Shown here piece by piece: positions 8,755-16,086 of a stretch of 32,000 bases of DNA. Under the pieces are notes generated by a model. That model was given only the letters and a program-made list of their open reading frames with translations, was not told where the DNA came from and did no database searches. Within the stretch, counting starts at the first letter, position 1. Each line of letters starts with the position of its first letter. A program made the translations under genes and the position numbers. Origin of the DNA: Allobaculum fili (GTDB taxonomy: Bacteria > Bacillota_I > Bacilli_A > Erysipelotrichales > Erysipelotrichaceae); assembly GCF_020969955.1 (NCBI RefSeq), contig NZ_JAHDSX010000010.1:33277-65276 (forward strand). Direction: 5' to 3'.

Positions 8755-9372
8755 TTATTTGCGGGTCAGCAGCGCGGTTCGTACGGTGAAGTTTCCGTAT
8801 TCGTCGAGCGCGCGAATCTGTACCATGCGCGATCCGGGTTCGTGGATCAGCATGGACGGATTGAGAATATAGAGCTTGCAGCGCGAACAGTCGCTGAGCT
8901 TGGTTACAAAACTCTGGGCGTCCACTTCGTCGCTGACGCCGACGGTCAGATTCTGCACTTCGAGTTTCGGCGCAGTCGTATCCACAACCTGAATGTCGAC
9001 CTGGGACTGGTGCCCGTCGATCGTGCAGGCTCCGGTATAGCTGCCGGCCTTATTGATGTTGAGGTTGGTCGAGCAGACGGGTGTGCTTTCAGTTTCGTAA
9101 TGAATCTTATCGATCATGTCATACAGCGAATAGTCCGAACCGGCTTCGACGGGGCTTACTTCCTTTTTGAAGGTAATCGCTTCGGAAGCCATGAGCGGGT
9201 TGAACAGACTGGAAAAAACAGCCAGTACAGTAATCGCCAGAATGGAGCTGAGTACAAGACGCGGCGTCTGGGACTGCCGCATATGAAGTAAGAAACGACG
9301 TTTTTTCTGATAAAATCGACGACGCGCTCTAGCCGAGCGGGCCCGGCGTGCTTGAATCGGATTGAAATACAT
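8755..9372 (-). CDS. Hypothetical single-pass membrane protein with an Arg-rich cytoplasmic N-terminus, one TM helix and an extracellular beta-rich (Ig-like?) domain
   Basis: Open frame with a TM segment LVLSSILAITVLAVFSSLF after an R/K-rich head, and a VVDTTAP motif in the C-terminal part. The start at ATG 9372 (MYFNPIQ) is my choice and the RBS is weak. Confidence 0.55.
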   Translation of the reverse strand: MYFNPIQARRARSARARRRFYQKKRRFLLHMRQSQTPRLVLSSILAITVLAVFSSLFNPLMASEAITFKKEVSPVEAGSDYSLYDMIDKIHYETESTPVCSTNLNINKAGSYTGACTIDGHQSQVDIQVVDTTAPKLEVQNLTVGVSDEVDAQSFVTKLSDCSRCKLYILNPSMLIHEPGSRMVQIRALDEYGNFTVRTALLTRK

Positions 9373-9968
9373 GATGTTCCTGCCTTGCGCAGCCAATTTC
9401 AATAACGGTACCGGTCTGCAAAAGATGCGGGGAAAGACCGGAGAAAATAAAAAAAGACGACCTCTGCGCAAGACACAATACTGTCACTGATTGCGGCTAA
9501 AGGCAAGCGCAAAAATGATGAAAACGTAATGAAAATGACACGCTGAAAGCGTGTAAGAAAAGCGTCTGTTTTCATAAAAAAAGAAGGATGCAGAAGCCAT
9601 TCCTGTTTTGTCTGTTCTGAACTGGAAAAGCGCTTTCTTCCGGATCACAGACGACTGAAAACGCGTGTAAATTCCAAATACCATCTTTGAAAATTGATTG
9701 AACAAAACTTGATTTTTCTTTAGATTTCGCAAACCATTCCCTGTCTACAATCAGAAGGAGAGAAAAGCACCGCACGCGCCAAATCCAGACAGAAAAATTG
9801 AACGCATTTTTCATGGAATGGAGAAATGGAAGAAAGAAACCGGATCTTTCATTATGGAATAAGGCTTTAGCTCTCAGATTTTGAAAGCTTCAGGAGGATC
9901 TTTATTCGAAAGGATGGCCGCCCTTTGAGCGGCATCCTGTGAAGGAACAGAGAAAGGAGCTGTTGAAT

Positions 9969-10877
9969 ATGACAGGAAAACGATTTGGTTTGCAAAAGGC
10001 TCTGTGCGTGTGCTTAGGCATTCTTGTTTTTTCGGGCTGTACTGATTCTTCATCGAGCACTGCCGGCACGGTGCAGCCTTCTTCTTCCAGCACCGCCATG
10101 CAGACCATTTCTTCGAGCTCAGAAGGGGAGCTGTGGGTGATGGAAAATGACACGATCGCATCCAGGCTGCAGTACTGCCGCCCGGGTGAAGGCGGTCATA
10201 TGATCACCCATGCCGATCTGAATTATGGCTTTGAAGCACCGGCCGACCTGCACTATGTTTCGGAGAATGGAACGATCTCCTTTAAGAAAGACGGAAGCTG
10301 GAAAGCGGTAAAACCTGGAGAAGACTGTATTACGCGGCTGCAGGACTGGGATCTGGAAGAAATGAAGGAAAGAGGTCTGGATCCGGATATCGCTCTGCAG
10401 CTGCCGAAGACGGATCGGTTCCATGTGTATGTAACGGAAGACTATCCTGTCTATACGCTCCGAAATCCGAAAACGGAAGAATACCGTCTCGTGGATGATC
10501 GTGCGGCCTGCACCGCTTTGGTCGATCAGGGATGGGAGCAGGTGGAAGAAATGTTTGTGATGTCAGCCGATTCGGGCACGAAAGTGCGTGCTTTCTACAA
10601 TCCGGAAGACGGCGATCGGATTTATACGGTCGATTCGGAAGAAGCAGATCGCCTGCTCGAAAAGGGATGGACGGAAGAGGCTTCTCAAATGACTTCCGAT
10701 ACCGAAGAAGGCATTCCTGTGTACTGTCTGACGGCAGAAATCAACGGGAAGTCCCGCCATCTGTATACAACAAAGTACCATGACTGGCGCGCCTATGGAG
10801 ATTTATGGAAAGTCGATGACGATATTGCCTTTTACGCCGTTCGGACGCCTCTGTATGACGATGGAACGCTTTATTGA
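9969..10877 (+). CDS. Lipoprotein with three DUF5648-like repeats
   Basis: Signal peptide with lipobox LVFSGC, and AAAGGAG 8 nt before ATG 9969. One example repeat is FYNPEDGDRIYTVDSEEADRLLEKGW. Confidence 0.8.
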   Translation: MTGKRFGLQKALCVCLGILVFSGCTDSSSSTAGTVQPSSSSTAMQTISSSSEGELWVMENDTIASRLQYCRPGEGGHMITHADLNYGFEAPADLHYVSENGTISFKKDGSWKAVKPGEDCITRLQDWDLEEMKERGLDPDIALQLPKTDRFHVYVTEDYPVYTLRNPKTEEYRLVDDRAACTALVDQGWEQVEEMFVMSADSGTKVRAFYNPEDGDRIYTVDSEEADRLLEKGWTEEASQMTSDTEEGIPVYCLTAEINGKSRHLYTTKYHDWRAYGDLWKVDDDIAFYAVRTPLYDDGTLY

Positions 10878-10915
10878 GGAAGAATAGTTTCCGCATTCGA
10901 AAAAAATGACTTTAG

Positions 10916-10950
10916 ACCGGCCGATCGTACAGATCGAGCCGGTTCTTTTA
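10916..10950 (+). terminator. Probable terminator of the lipoprotein gene
   Basis: Arms accggccgatc and gatcgagccggt with one bulge, then tctttta. The 12-mer ccggttctttta is repeated at 10957-10968. Confidence 0.45.
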
Positions 10951-11153
10951 ATCGATCCGGTTCTTTTATGGGAAAAGAGCGGATATCGATGTACAGGCAG
11001 GAGAATAGAATCCCGGTGCTTGAGACGGCAGAGCGGACTGGCCGCACGGCATCTGGAATATTTCCCTGAAGACAGTCGGGCAGCCGTATAAAGATTCAGA
11101 TTGAAAAACAGATCGTCAGACTACCCGGTTTTGAATCTGAAAAAAGGACAGAC

Positions 11154-11182
11154 TTGCGCATTTTCTCCTTTTCTGATAAGGT
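11154..11182 (+). promoter_or_regulatory. Candidate promoter of the rpsF-ssb-rpsR operon
   Basis: TTGCGC (11154-11159), a 17-nt spacer, then TAAGGT (11177-11182) preceded by TGA in an extended -10-like context. The -10 element is weak. Confidence 0.3.
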
Positions 11183-11251
11183 ATTTCGGCAAGTCTATCT
11201 TGCTTCCTGTCCTGCCTGATGACAGGACCGACAGACCAGAGGGAGGTGTAC

Positions 11252-11548
11252 ATGATGAAAAAGTATGAGGTTATGTACATTGTGAATGCATCGCTCGATG
11301 ACGAACAGTTCGCAGCTCTTGAAAAAAGACTGTATGCTCCAATCATTGAGAACGGCGGCTCCGTTGACAAAGTGGACAACTGGGGCGTAAAAGATTTTGC
11401 CTACGAGATCAATCACATGAAAAAAGGCCACTATGTGGTTATGTACTGCACCGCTAACAACGAAGGAATTGAAGAATTCCAGCGTCTGTGTCGTATCAAC
11501 AACAGCGTAATTCGTGTCATGGTTATCAAAAAAGAAGAAGAAAAGTAA
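11252..11548 (+). CDS. rpsF: 30S ribosomal protein S6
   Basis: MKKYEVMYIV..GSV..WG.K.FAYEI..KGHYV matches the S6 pattern. GGGAGG lies upstream. The start may be 11252 or 11255. Confidence 0.95.
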   Translation: MMKKYEVMYIVNASLDDEQFAALEKRLYAPIIENGGSVDKVDNWGVKDFAYEINHMKKGHYVVMYCTANNEGIEEFQRLCRINNSVIRVMVIKKEEEK

Positions 11549-11560
11549 GAGGTACCGTCT

Positions 11561-12166
11561 ATGATGAACCGCGTTGATTTAATTGGTCGACTGACGAGAG
11601 ATCTGGAACTTCGCCGGACTCAGTCAGGTAATAACATGCTCAGGTTTACTCTTGCTGTAGAGCGCCGCTATAAACAGCCTGGACAGCCGGAAGCTGACTT
11701 CATCAGCTGCACGGCGTTTGGCAAAACAGCGGAGAACATGGCTCGCTTTTTGCATAAAGGCTCGCTGATCAGCGTCGAAGGACGCATTCAGACCGGATCC
11801 TACGTTAACCAGCAGGGACAGAAAGTCTACACGACCGATGTCATTGCGGACAACGTACAGTTCCTCGAACCGAGAAACGCTCGAGGCGGATACGTTCAGG
11901 ATCAGGGCTACGGCTACAATGGCGGTTATTCGGATAATTCCCAGAGCTACGGCGGCTACGGCAGTCAGGACGCTTCGGGAGGCCAGAACTATTCTGGCGG
12001 TTATTCGAACCAGAGCTACGGCTATGGTTCGCAGGCATCCAATCCTTACGCGAAGAGCGAAAACACAGGATTTGGAGCTGCTTCTGCTTCACCCGACAAT
12101 GACACAAGCGGCATCGTCGACGATTCGTCCACCCTGGACATTTCTTCCGACGATCTGCCGTTCTAA
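11561..12166 (+). CDS. ssb: Single-stranded DNA-binding protein
   Basis: N-terminal OB fold (MNRVDLIGRLTRDLELR), a G/Y/S/Q-rich linker and the canonical acidic tip DISSDDLPF. It lies between rpsF and rpsR. Confidence 0.97.
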   Translation: MMNRVDLIGRLTRDLELRRTQSGNNMLRFTLAVERRYKQPGQPEADFISCTAFGKTAENMARFLHKGSLISVEGRIQTGSYVNQQGQKVYTTDVIADNVQFLEPRNARGGYVQDQGYGYNGGYSDNSQSYGGYGSQDASGGQNYSGGYSNQSYGYGSQASNPYAKSENTGFGAASASPDNDTSGIVDDSSTLDISSDDLPF

Positions 12167-12193
12167 ACGAATTCAAGAAAGGAGATCCGACAC

Positions 12194-12424
12194 ATGGCAT
12201 TCAAAAAACAGCGCATGGGCCGTAAAAAAGTCTGCTACTTTACAAAAAACAAAATCAAGGAAATTGATTACAAAGATGTTGAACTGCTGAAGCGTTTCAT
12301 CAACACGAACGGAAAAATCATCCCCAGACGTGTTACTGGAACTCGCGCCCGCTACCAGAGACAGCTTGCTACTGCCATCAAACGCGCACGCCAGATGGCT
12401 CTGCTGCCTTACGTTGCAGACTAA
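12194..12424 (+). CDS. rpsR: 30S ribosomal protein S18
   Basis: The S18 pattern ..[19 protein letters not shown]....QR.L..AIKRAR..ALLPY is present. Confidence 0.97.
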   Translation: MAFKKQRMGRKKVCYFTKNKIKEIDYKDVELLKRFINTNGKIIPRRVTGTRARYQRQLATAIKRARQMALLPYVAD

Positions 12425-12451
12425 TTTCGGTTAATTTACCCATACCCATTC

Positions 12452-12485
12452 AGACAGGCTGGCTTCGGCTCGCCTGTCTTTTTTC
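12452..12485 (+). terminator. Rho-independent terminator of the rpsF operon
   Basis: Arms agacaggc (12452-12459) and gcctgtct (12472-12479), then TTTTTT. Confidence 0.75.
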
Positions 12486-12495
12486 AATCCCGCAC

Positions 12496-12534
12496 AAAAG
12501 GCCTTTCTGCTGCTGAGAACAGAACGGCCTTTTT
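12496..12534. terminator. Hairpin terminator serving the convergent AAA+ ATPase gene
   Basis: Arms ggcctttctg (12500-12509) and cagaacggcc (12520-12529) with one mismatch, flanked by AAAA and TTTTT. Confidence 0.6.
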
Positions 12535-12558
12535 CCATGAATGGGGAATGTTCGATTT

Positions 12559-13989
12559 TCAGAAGGGGAGATCTTCGCTTTCGAGCGTCTGCAGCTCCTT
12601 GCTGGAGAGCTGAAGAAGATCCGGATTTCTGACGAGCCGTACGGCCTGTCGGGAGATGGCTTTTTCCAGCATCGTCCGTACATCCCGCGCGTTCGCAAAG
12701 CCTTTGGGGGCCGGACGGGTCAGCTGCTGGAAATAGGCGCCTGCTTTCTTTGCGGCTGCCGGACTCAGTGTGTAATCGAGCGCTCTGGCCATGTGTTCGA
12801 ATATGGAAAACAGCTGGTCAGGCAGAAAGTCTTCAAAGTGAATGCACGTCGTAAAGCGGGAGCGCAGCCCCGGATTGGAGTCGAGAAAGCGGTCCATTTC
12901 CGCCGGATAGCCCGCTGCTATAACGACAAGATCGTCGCGGTGATTTTCCATCTCGCGCAAAAGAACTTCGATGGCTTCGTGTCCAAAGTCGCGTTCGGAC
13001 GAGCGGGCAAGCGCATACGCCTCATCGATAAAGAGAACGCCGCCGATGGCTTTATCGATGACCTTTTTCGTTTTCATCGCCGTAGAGCCGATGTATTCGC
13101 CGACCAGATCGCCGCGCGTGCATTCCACAAAGGTTCCGCGCGAAAGAAAGCCGAGATCCTTGTAAATGCGGGCGACAATCCGGGCGGTAGTCGTTTTGCC
13201 GGTGCCGGGGTTGCCGGAGAAGATCAGATGGCGGGCGGCCGGTGCGCTTTTCAGCCCGCGCGATTGACGCAGCCGGCTGATCTGGAGCAGGTCGCAAAGC
13301 GTATGGATTTCGTTTTTCGCTTCTTCCAGACCGGTCAGCGCATCCAGCTGTCGTAAATCTTCCTGCAGTGCACTGGAGGAAAGCGAAGAATCGTCCGGCG
13401 AGGACTTTGTTTCTTTTTTGCCGGTTGCAGACTCGTCTTCGCGTTGGTCTTCTTTGTTTCCAGCGGGCGCCTGTGAGACCTCTGCGAATTGTTTGGCAGA
13501 CAAATTCGACATAGATGCATCCGAAGAATCCAAATCGGTTCGACCTGGATCGAAAAGCGTATCGATCTGATCGTGAATGGCGTGAAGCAGATCCTGATTG
13601 GCATTGGGGAAGTCTGGATCAGCAATCTGAAAGAAATGGTCCGCAAACTGAAAATCCTCATCGAGTGAAACAGAATCGTCGAAAACATTTGTATTCAGCA
13701 CAGTCGGATTCTCATGAATCCATGCGCTCTCCGGCCGGCTTTCTCTGGGAAAGAAGGCGATGAATTTCTGAACGGCGCTTTCGGAGCGGGTCCGGTTCCA
13801 GACGCCCATCATAAGCGTATATCCCAGTTTTCGGCGCATGTCCCAGCCAGTCAGCTCATGCAGGAAATCGCACGTTCCTAAAGCGGTCAGCAGATTCTGG
13901 CGCAAAGAAGATTCAACAGTCATGCCCTCATTATAAAAGCGAAGAAAGGAAAACCGTCCCTTATGCCTGTCTTCAAGGTATGTCTTCAC
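12559..13989 (-). CDS. AAA+ ATPase, SpoVK/CbbX-type, with an unassigned ~155-aa N-terminal domain, an acidic Ser-rich linker and an SSB-tip-like C-terminus
   Basis: Walker A GNPGTGKTT, Walker B VLFIDEAYAL and the CbbX/SpoVK-like block VVIAAGYPAEMDRFLDSNPGLRSRF. The start is uncertain: GTG 13989 has no good RBS. Confidence 0.88.
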   Translation of the reverse strand: MKTYLEDRHKGRFSFLRFYNEGMTVESSLRQNLLTALGTCDFLHELTGWDMRRKLGYTLMMGVWNRTRSESAVQKFIAFFPRESRPESAWIHENPTVLNTNVFDDSVSLDEDFQFADHFFQIADPDFPNANQDLLHAIHDQIDTLFDPGRTDLDSSDASMSNLSAKQFAEVSQAPAGNKEDQREDESATGKKETKSSPDDSSLSSSALQEDLRQLDALTGLEEAKNEIHTLCDLLQISRLRQSRGLKSAPAARHLIFSGNPGTGKTTTARIVARIYKDLGFLSRGTFVECTRGDLVGEYIGSTAMKTKKVIDKAIGGVLFIDEAYALARSSERDFGHEAIEVLLREMENHRDDLVVIAAGYPAEMDRFLDSNPGLRSRFTTCIHFEDFLPDQLFSIFEHMARALDYTLSPAAAKKAGAYFQQLTRPAPKGFANARDVRTMLEKAISRQAVRLVRNPDLLQLSSKELQTLESEDLPF

Positions 13990-14299
13990 TGCCAGTCTTC
14001 ACCGTATGTCAGTGAGGCGTATCGTCTCTGCCTGTCTTTCCCGCATTTCTTCTTTCCATATCTCCACTGCGGTATTTTCGCTGCCGGTATTTCCTGCCGC
14101 CTTATGCGGGCATACAGACCGGCGGATCCAAAACGTGTCTCGCCTGCAGCTGCCGCACTTTGGGCAATCCGAATGACTTTTCACTCGATTTGTGGCCTTG
14201 TCTGTCAAAATATTTGGCTGGGCAAATCAAAATGAAATACTGCGAGGCTTCGTACAATAGGGATAGAAAGACTTCGCAAGGAAGCATTGAGGTGATTTT

Positions 14300-14788
14300 A
14301 TGTTATTTGGAATTCTGGCCCCTTATTCGTATGGACTCGACTTCAACATCGGTCTTACGGCCTGGCTGGGCATTGCCTGCATCATTCTGGAGGTCGTCGG
14401 CCTCTGGAAAATGTTTGAAAAGGCGAACGTGGCTGGCTGGAAAGCGCTGATTCCGGTTTACAATCTGTATCTGCTTTACAAGATCAGCTGGCAGACGAAG
14501 ATGTTCTGGTTTGGCCTGGGAACGGAACTGTTCGCTGGTATTTTCTACTATCTGGCGGTTGGAACGTTCAATTCCGCATTCCTGTATTTCGCCTATGGCC
14601 TTTCGATTGTAGCGGCCATTATTCAGGCCTGCCTCTGCTACAACGTTTCGCTGGCGTACGGCCATGGCATCGGCTATTTTCTGGGCATCTATCTGCTGGA
14701 TTTCCTGTTCTATCCGATCATCGGCTTCGGTTCGAGCCGCTACATTGGAAACCGCTACGAAGGCTATACAAGCGGCAGCCGCTCGTAA
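14300..14788 (+). CDS. DUF5684-family small membrane protein
   Basis: Motif WKMFEKANVAGWKALIPVYNLYLLYKI with flanking TM helices. GAGGTG RBS before ATG 14300. Confidence 0.72.
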   Translation: MLFGILAPYSYGLDFNIGLTAWLGIACIILEVVGLWKMFEKANVAGWKALIPVYNLYLLYKISWQTKMFWFGLGTELFAGIFYYLAVGTFNSAFLYFAYGLSIVAAIIQACLCYNVSLAYGHGIGYFLGIYLLDFLFYPIIGFGSSRYIGNRYEGYTSGSRS

Positions 14789-14994
14789 TCGAAATTGTTT
14801 TTCAATTTATTTCAAATGGAAGGCCGTCTGAACAGAGGGTCTTTTTGTATGGACGAGGGCAAAGATCAGTAAAAAGAAAATGGCAAACACACCGCAGACT
14901 TACCGCAAGTGCGCCGGGAAATACGGCCGGCAAGTATGTGATTTTGTCAGAAATATGGAGCGCACAGCCAAATCAGCCTAAGATATACGTGTAT

Positions 14995-15933
14995 ATGAAA
15001 ATTCAGTCTATTGTCCGGGCCGGAATGCTCACCGCGGTTTTTGGCGTCTTTCTGTTTCTGAACACGCTTGGCGGACTGTGGGTCGAATCGCTCTTTCCGT
15101 ATTTTTTCGGACTGCCGATTCTGCTGTGCTGTCTGATCTGCGATCGGGATTCCAAAGTACCGCTCTGCGCGTTTCTGGCCATGTTTCTACTTATGTTCAT
15201 GCTCTCCGGCATCACGACCTGGCTGGTCGCCGGATCAATGCTGGTATGCGGGTATGTGTTTGGCCGCGGCGCCATACGCCAGAAAAATCTTTTTGTTCTC
15301 TGTCTGGCGACCATGCTCATTCTGTTTGTGACGGATCTGCTTTCTATGACCGTCTTTGCCGCAGTCTTTGGTTTTGACGTTAAGGAAGAACTGTCCGTCA
15401 TGGGACCGTTTTTGTGGATGGTCTCGCCGATGATGATTCTGATCCTGCTGGCGTTTATTGAAAGTCTGCTGGAAACGCTGGTGGCGGCGCTGGGCTGCGT
15501 CGTTCTCTGCCAGCGGGTTCTGCACCGGCCGGTGCCGTTCAAGCTGCCGGAAAACTGGGACGTTTCTCCGTGGTGTTTCTGGCTGCTGCTCGTTTTATGG
15601 GGCGTATGGGAAATTCTGGTTTACCAGAACAATCCGGCGCTCACGGTATGGCGCGATCTGGCGCTCGGTCTTCTGATTCTTGATTTTTTACTGATGGTCT
15701 GGCAGGGCTATCTGCTGCAGTTTCGAAAAGCCAGAACGGCGATGGACGAACTGCGTGACGATCCCTCCGTACAAAACCATCCGTCGAAACTGAAAAAGAA
15801 AAGAAAAGCCATTCAGAACCGCCTGTTCTGGATGACCTTCCTTTCGCTGATGCCTCTGCTCAATGTGTATACGGCATTGACAGGGATGTATAATTTAGTC
15901 TTACGTACCTTTGCCAGAAAGAAAGGTTCGTAA
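14995..15933 (+). CDS. yybS: Polytopic membrane protein, YybS-like (DUF2232)
   Basis: Multiple TM helices and a position immediately upstream of gdpP-rplI-dnaB, as in other Bacillota. The start at ATG 14995 is uncertain because the RBS is poor. Confidence 0.6.
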   Translation: MKIQSIVRAGMLTAVFGVFLFLNTLGGLWVESLFPYFFGLPILLCCLICDRDSKVPLCAFLAMFLLMFMLSGITTWLVAGSMLVCGYVFGRGAIRQKNLFVLCLATMLILFVTDLLSMTVFAAVFGFDVKEELSVMGPFLWMVSPMMILILLAFIESLLETLVAALGCVVLCQRVLHRPVPFKLPENWDVSPWCFWLLLVLWGVWEILVYQNNPALTVWRDLALGLLILDFLLMVWQGYLLQFRKARTAMDELRDDPSVQNHPSKLKKKRKAIQNRLFWMTFLSLMPLLNVYTALTGMYNLVLRTFARKKGS

Positions 15934-16086
15934 GTCCTGCACGCAACCGCCCGCTAAAGTAAGATTCGATCCGTTTGTTTTGAAAAAGACGCTCTTTGTT
16001 CGAAAAACGATCGATCCGTGTGCGGCAAGAGAAGCTGCTGGCTTCTTGAAACCTGCAGGAGGTATGGAAAGACAAAGGAGCACATC

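Noticed and set aside
12541-13356. A 271-aa plus-strand ORF overlapping the AAA+ ATPase gene
   Set aside because: The minus-strand frame carries the Walker A/B and SpoVK/CbbX blocks. The plus-strand translation has no recognisable features.
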